DNA of 64,000 bases from the IMG/VR virus record IMGVR_UViG_3300028914_000003, positions 1 to 64,000 of that record, one strand, 5' to 3'. How positions within the stretch are numbered: the first letter of the stretch is position 1; every line of letters begins with the position of its first letter. Position numbers and translations under genes: made by a program. Of the stretch, positions 10,077 to 19,945 are shown in pieces. The notes below the pieces were generated by a model. It worked only from the letters and a program-made list of their open reading frames with translations. It was not told the DNA's origin and did no database searches. The stretch is from a virus (Duplodnaviria; Caudoviricetes).

Positions 10077-11675
10077 TTACTTCTTCATTAAGTTATACAT
10101 ATTCTCCAAACCTTGCTTAAATGCTTCTGCAAGAGCATCGCCATAGGATTGATAATCACCCGTAAAAGGCAGATTATTTCTGTACTCTTTCACCATAGCG
10201 TCTATATCAACCTCTGGCTTAATTTTATCCAATTTTAGTTCTTTTTCATCCCATTCATACCCTGCTTCGTGCATCTTTTGGAATAAGAGGTCACGCTGCT
10301 CTTTGGTAGCAGGATATATATCCCTATCAGTAGCGTAGCCAATACCTGTATTTGGTTTACCGATATTGTATTTCAAGAGAGGACTTCCATCGTTTGATTC
10401 AATATAAGAATATAACAACGCACCATCTGGATTGATTCCATCATATATGAAAATGAAACCACAAGTAGTATCGCAATACAGCACATCACCCACCTTTGCG
10501 TCTTGGATAGTCCAAAGACGAGAAACATTATCTATTATGTAAAAAGGTATTTTTGGTCTATCGCCATTGCCGATAATAAGTTCATAAGTATGTTCAAAAA
10601 CTTTATTGACATAATAAATACTATCGTTTTTGAAAACAACCCAATCGCCAACCTTAAACTTTGGTTCAACTTTATTAGCAGGCTTCTGTCCAATCTTTCT
10701 CAACTCTTTCTTTTCAGCATCCCATTCATAACCATTTTCAAGTATATTTCTGAACAAAAGGTTACGTTGAATTTCTGTTGCAGGTTTAACTGTCTCAACC
10801 TCAATGCAGTCAGGGCCTTGAGTTCCAAACTCTATCCTATCGCTATACACATTAATACAACAATAGCCAGTTGCCACTGCTTTTTCTCCATTTGGTTCAC
10901 CAAATTTCCAATTATCAAGACCATTGAAGATAAATATGCAATCAGAATTCCATCCTGTTGCATGGAGTACATCACCTGCCTTTGCATCTTGGATAGTCCA
11001 CATTCTCCACTCATCTTCAAATATTTCCGCAGAATAGCCGTCTATATGCTTATATATACCATCCTTATAAGATAAGATTTGTTTAACTATTCCATTTTTA
11101 TCTACTACCCAATCCCCAACTTTAAACTTTTGTTCAATCTTATCAGCAGGCTTCTGCTCATTTCTATATTCTTTTGCTAATTCTCCATTAGAATCCATTA
11201 TACCAGTAGACTTCAGAAATTTAATAGCAGAATCTTTATCTTTTATAACCTCCTTGGCTACGTATTCTACTATCTCCTGCTCACCTTGCTTCTCAAGATG
11301 GTACGCGTCATGTACTCTATCGTGAAGGCTCCTGAGTTGTTCATATAATTCTTTATCATTCAACTTAGCCGTTTCAAGGCAGCATTGTATAGCGAGTACG
11401 TCATCAAAGGTAAATAAAGGATATTTACAAGTTTCTACTGACTTCTGATCGACTTGCTTCTCAAGCCAAGCGATAGCAGCAGATACTTTAATTCCAGGGA
11501 TGATTTCTTCGTTTACGTCATGTACCGAACCTTCTATGTATCCAATCAAAGCGTTTACAATCTTCCCATCCTCACTTTCAGCAAGTTCAGGAAAATACTT
11601 CTCTGCCACTTCTTGTGACAAAAATCCATCGGCAATCATGCTCTTGACTGTTTCGATAGTCTTGTTTTCTTTCAT
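10077..11675 (-). CDS. Repeat-module protein with two KFKVGDWVV...WTIQDAK.GDVL...PAT.EQR.LLF...GYEWD modules
   Basis: 532 aa with internal repeats; paralog of 8449-9679. Confidence 0.75.
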   Translation of the reverse strand: MKENKTIETVKSMIADGFLSQEVAEKYFPELAESEDGKIVNALIGYIEGSVHDVNEEIIPGIKVSAAIAWLEKQVDQKSVETCKYPLFTFDDVLAIQCCLETAKLNDKELYEQLRSLHDRVHDAYHLEKQGEQEIVEYVAKEVIKDKDSAIKFLKSTGIMDSNGELAKEYRNEQKPADKIEQKFKVGDWVVDKNGIVKQILSYKDGIYKHIDGYSAEIFEDEWRMWTIQDAKAGDVLHATGWNSDCIFIFNGLDNWKFGEPNGEKAVATGYCCINVYSDRIEFGTQGPDCIEVETVKPATEIQRNLLFRNILENGYEWDAEKKELRKIGQKPANKVEPKFKVGDWVVFKNDSIYYVNKVFEHTYELIIGNGDRPKIPFYIIDNVSRLWTIQDAKVGDVLYCDTTCGFIFIYDGINPDGALLYSYIESNDGSPLLKYNIGKPNTGIGYATDRDIYPATKEQRDLLFQKMHEAGYEWDEKELKLDKIKPEVDIDAMVKEYRNNLPFTGDYQSYGDALAEAFKQGLENMYNLMKK

Positions 11676-11956
11676 AGTTCCTTTTCTTTATCATCTTTAA
11701 GTTGTTCCCACGCCATCTGTGCTGTGTAATGTTTAAGGCAATACGGATTATTTATGGTTCCATCCTTCACTGCGTCCGACATGTGCATTAACTTATTGCC
11801 TAACCTTTTACTGAACAAGTTGCACTCCTCTATTGGCAATGTTAGCAGTTTGACCAGCCATTCCAAAATCGGAATGACAAGCTCAAACGGCAGTAGGATA
11901 ATAATCGTCACAAAGTTAAACGTGTTTTCGATTTTTCTTGCAGTGTTTAGTGTCAT
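11672..11956 (-). CDS. Hypothetical membrane protein
   Basis: 94 aa, hydrophobic N-term. Confidence 0.65.
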   Translation of the reverse strand: MTLNTARKIENTFNFVTIIILLPFELVIPILEWLVKLLTLPIEECNLFSKRLGNKLMHMSDAVKDGTINNPYCLKHYTAQMAWEQLKDDKEKEL

Positions 11957-12524
11957 AGTCCCTTTTGTTTTATGTGGTTTCTATAATAATGTTAGTTGTG
12001 TTTGCTCTGCCTTGATGCTCAATCTATGCTTTTTATAAAGATTCGTCAGTCGCCTTGCGATGTAGTTCATTTGTTTTGGGAACAACTCGCGGGCTTCTTC
12101 CTCGCTGTCAAATATCTGGTCAATGCGCCATGCAAGGTTGCCTTTGATGTCATCAAATGCCTTTGCATTTTTCAAATCTTCAACGACATATTGCACGCTA
12201 TCCTCGGAAAAGTCACACATGATAAGTGCCGCATTGAGCTGACAGCCACATTCAGAGCAACACTTAAAGTCCTCGCTTTCGGGCGATGTCTCTTCGTGTA
12301 CTTCGTGATAATACTTGCCACCGTCCTCTTTGTCGAGCTCCCTTGCCTTTTCAGCAGCGCACCCGTGACAGTAGTCACCATCTATTTCCTCAACCTTGTA
12401 ACCTTCGCCGTCGTACTTTTCAATGTAGTGTACGGCTTCAGGGTCGCTGGCCATTCGCCAGATCTTGTCTCTAATCTCTTCTGATAGTTTCATAGTCCCT
12501 TTTGTTTTATGCGGTTTCTATAAT
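11953..12524. repeat. 35-bp direct repeat (11953-11987, 12490-12524; 1 mismatch) bracketing one gene
   Basis: TCATAGTCCCTTTTGTTTTATG(T/C)GGTTTCTATAAT. Confidence 0.9.
11981..12493 (-). CDS. Hypothetical protein with two CxxC pairs
   Basis: 170 aa; CHGC, CSEC. Confidence 0.7.
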   Translation of the reverse strand: MKLSEEIRDKIWRMASDPEAVHYIEKYDGEGYKVEEIDGDYCHGCAAEKARELDKEDGGKYYHEVHEETSPESEDFKCCSECGCQLNAALIMCDFSEDSVQYVVEDLKNAKAFDDIKGNLAWRIDQIFDSEEEARELFPKQMNYIARRLTNLYKKHRLSIKAEQTQLTLL

Positions 12525-12533
12525 TCAGATGCC

Positions 12534-12929
12534 TTAGTCATCGCCTTCCTCTTTATGTTTTGTCACGCCGCAAGCGTCGGCCAGCAGCACCACCTTCTCG
12601 CAAACGAAGTCCACTTGGTCGGCCAACTCATGCACCGCCCAATTATACTTCGACCGCTCAACGGCTCTGTCAATCATGGCGAAGAACTCCGTGCGCTGCT
12701 CGTCCGTCACGCACTTCTCTTCCACCAGATAGTTGCAAAGCTCCTTGAACGTCTCGGCCTCCGTCTTGATCACCTCGCGCAAGTAGTCCTGCGTCTTCGT
12801 CAGACACCACTCCCGCCTTTTCTCCTGCGTGCAATCTTCCACGCACGTCGGCTTCCGTTTCTTGTCACCCGGCAGCGTGTCAAAGATGTATATGCCGCTC
12901 AGGTCTCTCCGTTTCAATTCTGTTGCCAT
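12534..12929 (-). CDS. Hypothetical protein
   Basis: 131 aa. Confidence 0.7.
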   Translation of the reverse strand: MATELKRRDLSGIYIFDTLPGDKKRKPTCVEDCTQEKRREWCLTKTQDYLREVIKTEAETFKELCNYLVEEKCVTDEQRTEFFAMIDRAVERSKYNWAVHELADQVDFVCEKVVLLADACGVTKHKEEGDD

Positions 12930-13258
12930 AGGTCAGCCCTCCATTTCCTTTTCATCCCGTTTCACTATCTTCCGCGAGTTGTCGGTGATGAACGACACCA
13001 GTCCGAATCGGAACACCACGGCCAGGATGACAACCAGCCCCAGCCAGTGCCAGAAGTTCGTGAAGAAGAACTCACATAGATACTTTGTTATTTCCATAAT
13101 CGCTAATGTTTATACTACATTTTGCTTATGAATCGTTATTCGCGGACTGCCGTCGGCATAGCGCACGGCTTCGTCGTGGTCGTAGAAACAGCCGACAATC
13201 GCCTTGAACTTTCCGTCATCGTGCCGCAACACGCAAAGGAAAACTTCCGTTGGTCTGC

Positions 13259-13750
13259 TCATAGGTTCGTGTTTTTATCTATTTCGTCTAACATCTTTGC
13301 CAAGCCGTCCACAGGTGTAAGCGGCTGTTCCTGCGGGACGTAAGGCTGTTTTTCAATTCCGACTATCAGCGAGGCAGTAAATATCATATTCCCGTGTTCG
13401 TCCTCGCGATTACGGACATGGATTAGTTTTTTCTTTGCGATGTCGCGCAATAAATCGTCTTCTGCACCGCGACGGTAAAGACGTTCGATATGCTCCAACT
13501 CGCTATGCGGAAATTCCATGACGTTAATCTTACAGCTATGCTCCAGCCGCTTGATTTCGATCTTCTCGCACTCCATTTCGTTTGGCATGGAGGTGACGGC
13601 TACCGTCTCACGCAGGTCTTTCACGATGCCGCCGATGCTTTCTGCATAGCTATGACAGCGGTAATCCCTGTTCATCTCGTTCTGGATATCCTCCAGCATG
13701 TCAGCCAGATACAGTATCTTGGCATACTTCATTTGGTCTATCAGTCCCAT
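13259..13750 (-). CDS. Hypothetical protein
   Basis: 163 aa. Confidence 0.65.
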   Translation of the reverse strand: MGLIDQMKYAKILYLADMLEDIQNEMNRDYRCHSYAESIGGIVKDLRETVAVTSMPNEMECEKIEIKRLEHSCKINVMEFPHSELEHIERLYRRGAEDDLLRDIAKKKLIHVRNREDEHGNMIFTASLIVGIEKQPYVPQEQPLTPVDGLAKMLDEIDKNTNL

Positions 13751-13753
13751 CGT

Positions 13754-14131
13754 CTATTTCTTTAATTCCATTTCCTTTTCCACTCCGCACAGCCGCAGGA
13801 CATGCTGCAACTGATGCACATACTTGATATCCACAGGACTGTCAAACCACACGGCGAACGGGTCGCCGTCGCAGTACACCCTCGGTGAGTCATCGCGCTT
13901 GAAGTACGGCGCAATCGTCACACCAAACGCACCTTTCTCACCGACATGCTCTTCATATCCGTTCGCTTTCAGAATCTCCTCGGTAAGCGGTATCGGCTCT
14001 ATCTCGTCGTAGTCGTACAGGTCGTTGTAGTCCAGCATCACCATGCGCTCCCTGACCTCGCACACCTGCTCCGGCTTTCGGTTATGAGTATTGAATACCC
14101 AGTCGCCAGTCATCAGTTCTTCTTTCTTCAT
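13754..14131 (-). CDS. Phage hypothetical protein (YopX-like ELMTGDWV...IEPIPLTEEIL...YVHQLQH)
   Basis: 125 aa, recognisable motif. Confidence 0.65.
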   Translation of the reverse strand: MKKEELMTGDWVFNTHNRKPEQVCEVRERMVMLDYNDLYDYDEIEPIPLTEEILKANGYEEHVGEKGAFGVTIAPYFKRDDSPRVYCDGDPFAVWFDSPVDIKYVHQLQHVLRLCGVEKEMELKK

Positions 14132-14316
14132 ATTCGTTTTACTTTTTTAATAATGCCAATAATTCCTCTGCCTTGTCCCTGTCACAGAAGCCTTTTACGT
14201 CCACCCACTTGTCGATAAGGAATCCCTCTTGTCACCGTTCACGCCGTTGTCGTCAAACACGTGCTGCAGGTAGTCCAGCGATATGTATGCTATGTACTTC
14301 GTTGCCCCTTCCATAG

Positions 14317-15126
14317 TCACTCCTCCTGCTTTTCGACCAATACAGACATGTCGTTGTAGATATTGCCGACGTAGAGAAATCCTTTGCCCGATGCTTCGAG
14401 CATATAGTCGGAATAGAAGTGCTTGTCATCGACAAAGCTCAACTCACCGTCACGCTCGACATAGCCACGGGTCGGCGTATAGAGCAGTTTGCGCCAGCCA
14501 TTTGCAGTGGCGACATAAACGCCAGCATCCTTGGCGCGAGTCCAGTCATAGAAAATGCGGTCGGTCGGATTGCCATAGAGCATATAGATGTCTCCCTCAA
14601 AGTAGTGGAACTTCTTTCGGCTGTTGCGGTTGAGCTCGCCTTCCAAATAGCCAAGGTGTTCGGCCACGCCGTCAATCTTCACCTCGCGGCGCAGCAGTTC
14701 GGACAGCTGCAGCAGGTCGTCGCGCGATGACATGCTGACATCGAGTGTCAGGTGCTTGCCGCCGTCGGTGTAGAAGTAGCGGCGCTTGTCCTCGCGTCGG
14801 TAGAAGTCGTGGTCGATGTGCGGCACGGAGTTGCCGTTCCATTCCTTCGGCTTCAGCGAGTAGGCAGATTCCGCAATCTCGATAGCCTTTGGCAGATGCT
14901 TCATGTGCTTCGGTGCCTGGATGCCCTCCACGCCGTAGTTGGCGATGTAGTACACCAGTCGCGGTGTCATGTGCAACATGCCGTACATCACGTCAATCAA
15001 GTCCTCTTCGTCGATGCCGAAGCGGGTTTGTGCAACTACCGCAAAGCGTTCCTTCGTAACGTAGCTGCGAATTCTGTTAATGCGGTTGAATATCTGAGCC
15101 GCCTGTTTCAAATCGTCAAATGTCAT
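14317..15126 (-). CDS. Hypothetical protein
   Basis: 269 aa. Confidence 0.7.
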   Translation of the reverse strand: MTFDDLKQAAQIFNRINRIRSYVTKERFAVVAQTRFGIDEEDLIDVMYGMLHMTPRLVYYIANYGVEGIQAPKHMKHLPKAIEIAESAYSLKPKEWNGNSVPHIDHDFYRREDKRRYFYTDGGKHLTLDVSMSSRDDLLQLSELLRREVKIDGVAEHLGYLEGELNRNSRKKFHYFEGDIYMLYGNPTDRIFYDWTRAKDAGVYVATANGWRKLLYTPTRGYVERDGELSFVDDKHFYSDYMLEASGKGFLYVGNIYNDMSVLVEKQEE

Positions 15127-15298
15127 AGTTCCTTTTATTTAATCCGTGAAATCCGTGGTCGTTACTCTATCCCAAACTTCTCTTTGCGCATCTCGGTCAG
15201 CTTGTCGATGAGCTTCTGGCGCAGGGCGGCCATCGCACGGATGTCGTAGGGAATCTGGTACTTTACAATCTGGTTCATAATCTTCCTGTTTTTAGCTA

Positions 15299-15781
15299 TC
15301 ACTTCAGTTCCGCATTGCAGTTCTCCAGCAGGAACTGCGGCGTGAACGCCTTCTGCAGTTTCACGAGGTCCGGGGTCAGCTTGAAGCACATATACCCGCG
15401 CTCTTTCAGATACCTGACGCAGTAGTCCTCGTCGAGCACCACGCGGCCCGTCTCCTTCTCCGTGGAGACAGGCTCCCGTCTGGTCTTGTCAGGCACCTTC
15501 CAGTTATAGAACTCCCTCTCCAGACGCTCAAAAGCCGAGTAGGGCACCATATCCCTGGGGACCATGTAGCAGGTATCCCGGCTTTTGCCTTTCTTGTAGA
15601 TGATTCCATACTTCAGTGCCAGGCGGAAGACCTTCGGCGATGCCGCCGGAAGGCCGCAAAGGTCGAGTATCGTCAGCACCGCTACTTTCTTGAGATTATT
15701 TCCGACATAGTCCTTGCGAAGACGCTCATAGTCGGCATACATCGACTGGTTTACGTCGACATCATATTTGTTTCTGTTCAT
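15299..15781 (-). CDS. Hypothetical protein
   Basis: 160 aa. Confidence 0.65.
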   Translation of the reverse strand: MNRNKYDVDVNQSMYADYERLRKDYVGNNLKKVAVLTILDLCGLPAASPKVFRLALKYGIIYKKGKSRDTCYMVPRDMVPYSAFERLEREFYNWKVPDKTRREPVSTEKETGRVVLDEDYCVRYLKERGYMCFKLTPDLVKLQKAFTPQFLLENCNAELK

Positions 15782-16205
15782 AGCCGTTCGTTTCAATATT
15801 ACTAAACTGTTCTTCCTTTGCCTTCAGGCCAATCCCGTAGAAGTCAAGGTCATGCGCACGTTCCAGCTCACAAATCAGCGCATCGGCCTGCGCTACGGCC
15901 AGCTCAGCGGCCCTGCGGCGTACAGCCGCTCCATATTCTGGACAGAAAGCGTTTTCTTCTGTAACCTTTTCGACAAGGGCTTCATATAAGGAGTGATTCG
16001 ACAAGATGCCCTGCATAGCACGGCCCGCAAACTCTCCGCGCAGGCTGTCATATTCGTGCACGTCCCGAAACACAAATTCGCCTACCGCCCCCACGTACCC
16101 TGCTTCAGTACAGCATGTATTATCATCCAAATCAATCCATCTCACCGGGCTCTTCACGCCCGTTGCCTTGATGATTGCCGTCAGCTTCGGTTTGATAAGA
16201 TTCAT
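15762..16205 (-). CDS. Hypothetical protein (FAGRAMQGIL...AVAQADALI motif)
   Basis: 147 aa, common phage motif. Confidence 0.7.
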   Translation of the reverse strand: MNLIKPKLTAIIKATGVKSPVRWIDLDDNTCCTEAGYVGAVGEFVFRDVHEYDSLRGEFAGRAMQGILSNHSLYEALVEKVTEENAFCPEYGAAVRRRAAELAVAQADALICELERAHDLDFYGIGLKAKEEQFSNIETNGYEQKQI

Positions 16206-16483
16206 GGCCTGTCCTCCTCTCTGGCATCATCAAGCAGGTCAAGGACCAGTCCCTGCAGACAGGCATCGGCGCCTTCAAGCATGTATTTGATGCCGCCGGT
16301 CATCGACAGCAGGTGACGGAGACGCTGGTACTCGGGAGTCCCCTTCTTCTCATCCCCAAGCTGTCCGAGACGGTCGAGGATATTCTTGCATGTATGGGTG
16401 ATGATGCTTGTCGCCATCGTGAGGTCCCTCGTCGCCAATGACAGCAAGACACCCCATTTTTTCTCGTCTTCCTGTTTCTTCAT
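16202..16483 (-). CDS. Hypothetical protein
   Basis: 93 aa. Confidence 0.65.
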   Translation of the reverse strand: MKKQEDEKKWGVLLSLATRDLTMATSIITHTCKNILDRLGQLGDEKKGTPEYQRLRHLLSMTGGIKYMLEGADACLQGLVLDLLDDAREEDRP

Positions 16484-16485
16484 AG

Positions 16486-16788
16486 TCAGTTTCCTTTGCT
16501 TCCTGAGTTCTTCTCAATCAGATGATTCATCTTGACGTTCCTCGCTTTTTCGCCGTGCTCGTCGTTCAGCTCATTAAAACGCCCGGCGCAGGTCCTGATG
16601 ATATCCCTTACCACGGGATAGCGCATCATCGCAAAGAGTATCTGCGCCTCAATATTGACCGGGTCTCCACTGATGACGAAATGATTGCCCTCATGGCCGA
16701 TGAACATGAAATTGGCACCGGCATCCTGCATCGAGTCCAGTATCCGCTGGACCTCGTCAAACTTGTTCTTGATCTCTTCTCTGTTCAT
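16486..16788 (-). CDS. Hypothetical protein
   Basis: 100 aa from MNREE. Confidence 0.65.
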   Translation of the reverse strand: MNREEIKNKFDEVQRILDSMQDAGANFMFIGHEGNHFVISGDPVNIEAQILFAMMRYPVVRDIIRTCAGRFNELNDEHGEKARNVKMNHLIEKNSGSKGN

Positions 16789-17077
16789 GATTCCTTTGTC
16801 TTGGTTCGTTCTCTTTCTCTTCGTGCTTAATGCCTGCTTTTTCTTCCAGCACATCAATCATCAAGTGCTGCAAGACAATCAGTTGCTTCAAGTGCTTGTT
16901 CTGATGTATCAGAAGTGAACAGCAGAACACAATAAATGTATAGAGGAATGAAGCGAAGGCTTTGAGGTAATCTCCCGTTGCCACTTCCAATATACCAACC
17001 AGCAATAATACGCCTGCTATCATGTAGCAGCCAACCGTGGCATCAATGCCACCAAACAGTTTCTTTATTATCTTCAT
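16757..17077 (-). CDS. Membrane protein
   Basis: 106 aa, 2 TM. Confidence 0.6.
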   Translation of the reverse strand: MKIIKKLFGGIDATVGCYMIAGVLLLVGILEVATGDYLKAFASFLYTFIVFCCSLLIHQNKHLKQLIVLQHLMIDVLEEKAGIKHEEKENEPRQRNHEQRRDQEQV

Positions 17078-17257
17078 TTCTTTTTTCTTCCTAAAGGCTC
17101 AGGGCAGGGCCGGAACCCTTGGTCCTGAACCGTTAATTACTCTGACTTCAAATCACCCCTTCTCATTATTCCCAGTCTGGGGATTCACCGTCGAGCCGCC
17201 CAGTTTCTGCTGACCGCATGTGGCATCGGTTTGTAATCTGGATTAGCATAGTCGTAT

Positions 17258-17836
17258 TTACGCCTTATAGTTCTCGTCAGTAAGCTCGTGAACCTTCGCC
17301 AACTTGTCGGCATGTTCGACGCGCATCTGTTCGATGTGCTCGGCTATCTTCTTGCGCTGATTCTCGTTCAAATCCTTCTTGAAGAACTTGTCGATGATGT
17401 CGTCAACCGCCATGTTAGGGTCTGCGATGGCGAGTATCACGTCCTTCTTGGTCTCAAACGGAATGTCGCCCTTCTTTTCCTTCTTGGCGCTGTTCAGCGC
17501 ATAGTCGCTCTCGCTGTCCGAAATATGTCTGCACAGCGGCAGCAATTCCTCTGTGTAGAACTTGAACACGTCATTGCCGAGCTGTGGCTGCGTCTTCTGC
17601 ATGGCATAGAGCATCTTGCAGGTGGCACGAGCCAGCGAAATCAAGATGGTGTAAGGCCATCCTTTATCCTCATCGCCATGCTTGTTGGTGTAGTCGATAC
17701 AGGACGATACGATAGCCGATGACAACTCGTAGATCGCATATTTATCACACTCATTGAACCCTTTGCTCTGCATGAACTTCGGGTCGTTCTTGTAACGTTC
17801 GTACATTTCTTGGAATGTCTCTTTCTTCTTTGCCAT
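17258..17836 (-). CDS. Hypothetical protein
   Basis: 192 aa from MAKKKET. Confidence 0.65.
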   Translation of the reverse strand: MAKKKETFQEMYERYKNDPKFMQSKGFNECDKYAIYELSSAIVSSCIDYTNKHGDEDKGWPYTILISLARATCKMLYAMQKTQPQLGNDVFKFYTEELLPLCRHISDSESDYALNSAKKEKKGDIPFETKKDVILAIADPNMAVDDIIDKFFKKDLNENQRKKIAEHIEQMRVEHADKLAKVHELTDENYKA

Positions 17837-17901
17837 AATGTTGTAGTCTTTATTGATGAATAATTCGTGTTCAATTCGTGTTGTTTCAGCAACTCCATCT
17901 T

Positions 17902-18687
17902 CTAATACATCTTGTTCTCCCATACGTATATCCTCGCCTTCGAGGAGTCGCCACGGGTAACGAGCCAGTCAAACGACAGGCGCTTGTGCGGCATACGCAT
18001 GATCGGGTCGCGGTAGTGGATATTATCGTTGCCGATATGATAGAACCGGCGGCAGTGGGACCGCACCCAGCGGGTGTCGACGCCCAGCGAGTTGCCGCTC
18101 TTTATCCCTCCCGTGCCGTAGAGATGCGTGCAGTAGGAGGCAATGACATATTCCGGCTCGTACTTGCGGATGGCCTCCAGTGCATCCAGCTTCTCCACAT
18201 CCTTCGGGTAGCTGATAGGCACGGCACCCTCCTGGCGATATATCTCCTTGATGTCGTCACGCTCCTGCATGCGGCTGTCCGTTGTCGGTATGCCCAGCGA
18301 GCGTCCGAGCCAGCCGGTGCCGGCACAGATCTCGATGGCGGAGTGGGGCTCCAGCTCCGGGTCGTCATCGATCTCACCATGCAGGAAGTCGACGAGCTCC
18401 TGTGTCGGGAATGTGTACAAACCTACAGCCTGCATCACTATGTTCAGCGTGGCCTCCGTATCGTCCTGTATCTCGGCGTAGGGGATAGGGCGGATGACGG
18501 TGCCGAGCACATCGTCCTTCACGGCCAGACGGTTGATAATCTCCCTGCCCCTTTTCAGGTCCACGCGGTCCGGGTCTATCACCGTCCGCTTGTTGTACTT
18601 CTGCGCGGCAGCAATCGACTGCATCATCGCCTCGCTGCCGATGCCCCTGCCGAGGGTGCGGTTCATGATTCTTATGTCCTTGTTCAT
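17902..18687 (-). CDS. SAM-dependent methyltransferase-like protein
   Basis: Motif I AIEICAGTGWLG; VEKLDALEAI. Confidence 0.6.
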   Translation of the reverse strand: MNKDIRIMNRTLGRGIGSEAMMQSIAAAQKYNKRTVIDPDRVDLKRGREIINRLAVKDDVLGTVIRPIPYAEIQDDTEATLNIVMQAVGLYTFPTQELVDFLHGEIDDDPELEPHSAIEICAGTGWLGRSLGIPTTDSRMQERDDIKEIYRQEGAVPISYPKDVEKLDALEAIRKYEPEYVIASYCTHLYGTGGIKSGNSLGVDTRWVRSHCRRFYHIGNDNIHYRDPIMRMPHKRLSFDWLVTRGDSSKARIYVWENKMY

Positions 18688-18690
18688 ATC

Positions 18691-19263
18691 TTAGTCCAAT
18701 AAAATGATTTCACTCTCGCCACGCCGGGTGACGTAGGCAAATATCTCGTCACGATACACTTCGCGCTCTTTGACGGAACGACCTTTGCTTTTGGCATAGC
18801 CGATGCACCACTCATGGTCGAGCGTCCACGATATGCCTGGATCGCCACCTTCGATGGCATCATAGGCGGTGTCGTAGGCACGCCACACGGTCAGTGGGAA
18901 CGTCATCTTGTCGAGGTCGGCAGCATCTTCGGGGGTCATAAACCACGACTTGCACGGCCTCTGTGACTTCATCAGCCTGCGGAACATCGGGGCGGTCTCT
19001 GTGCTGCCGGCTGCCACCCATACAGTGCGCATCAGTTCCCAATAACGGGGATTGCTCAGCAGCTTGGCCTTCTTGGTGAACACTTCAATAATGGCATCCG
19101 CGCCCTGCTCCTGTGCCCTGACAAGTTGCATGGCAATCTTTGAGTCGCGTGCCAACTGCTTTTCGGGCAGCGACGGTATGCGACGTGTGAAGTCCGTCCG
19201 CTCGTTATCGACCATGCTGTTTGGGTTGTAGGTCGGTACGCTGTATTTCGGTAGTTCTATCAT
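18691..19263 (-). CDS. Putative ADP-ribosyltransferase-fold protein
   Basis: R-S-E-like pattern: VWRA...ISWT...GESEII. Confidence 0.45.
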   Translation of the reverse strand: MIELPKYSVPTYNPNSMVDNERTDFTRRIPSLPEKQLARDSKIAMQLVRAQEQGADAIIEVFTKKAKLLSNPRYWELMRTVWVAAGSTETAPMFRRLMKSQRPCKSWFMTPEDAADLDKMTFPLTVWRAYDTAYDAIEGGDPGISWTLDHEWCIGYAKSKGRSVKEREVYRDEIFAYVTRRGESEIILLD

Positions 19264-19432
19264 AAGCAGGATGTTTGTCGGTTAGCGAAGTCAGGATTGT
19301 CAGTACCAGATACTACTGTCAACAGCATGGTCGGTGTCTATGGATGTTGGCCATTCGCTAAACAGCAGTGAAGAGCCATCGGCCTCCAGGTCGCGCCGGA
19401 CGGCCTGGGCCGGTGGCATCGTGAGATGCTTC

Positions 19433-19909
19433 TTATTCATCGTCGCCCTCCTTGTCTTCATCGGACTTCTTGTACTCGAACACATCCATCAGCTTCGTGT
19501 CGGTGATGGCGGCAGCGTCGTAATCAATCATTGTACCAGCCATCACATCTTCAATGTTGGTAAAGGCATTTCTGAGAGATCTGGCCTGTACCAGATAGGT
19601 CACGCGGCTGCGCTTCTCCTTCTCCGTCCGCTCGTCGATGGTAATGAAGTCGAGCTTGGCGCGGTACCAGCGGTCGGCTTCTGCGTCGTCGCTGAAGAAC
19701 ACCTCCTTATAGGGAGCCTTCTTGATGTCGGCCACCTCGAACTCACCGCTGATGTACGATGACATCTCCTCGATGATACGCTTCTCGGCCTCTGAATACG
19801 ACAGGGCATCCACTGCATACTGTTCGGTCACTTTCTTCTGCAAGCCGTCCTCCATGACCTTCTCGTAACGGATCTTGCACTCAAACCAGATTGCTGTTCT
19901 GCTTCTCAT
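19433..19909 (-). CDS. DUF4494 family protein
   Basis: WFECKIRYEK..EDGLQKKVTEQY.VDALS.SEAE; Bacteroidota family. Confidence 0.85.
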   Translation of the reverse strand: MRSRTAIWFECKIRYEKVMEDGLQKKVTEQYAVDALSYSEAEKRIIEEMSSYISGEFEVADIKKAPYKEVFFSDDAEADRWYRAKLDFITIDERTEKEKRSRVTYLVQARSLRNAFTNIEDVMAGTMIDYDAAAITDTKLMDVFEYKKSDEDKEGDDE

Positions 19910-19945
19910 AATTCTGTTGTTTTTAGTTGTGAATAAAATTGTATA

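Noticed and set aside
17095-17142. tRNA-like fragment (GGTTCAGG...GGGTTCCGGCCC...CCTGAGCC on the minus strand)
   Set aside because: Too short, no D or anticodon arms; only a hairpin
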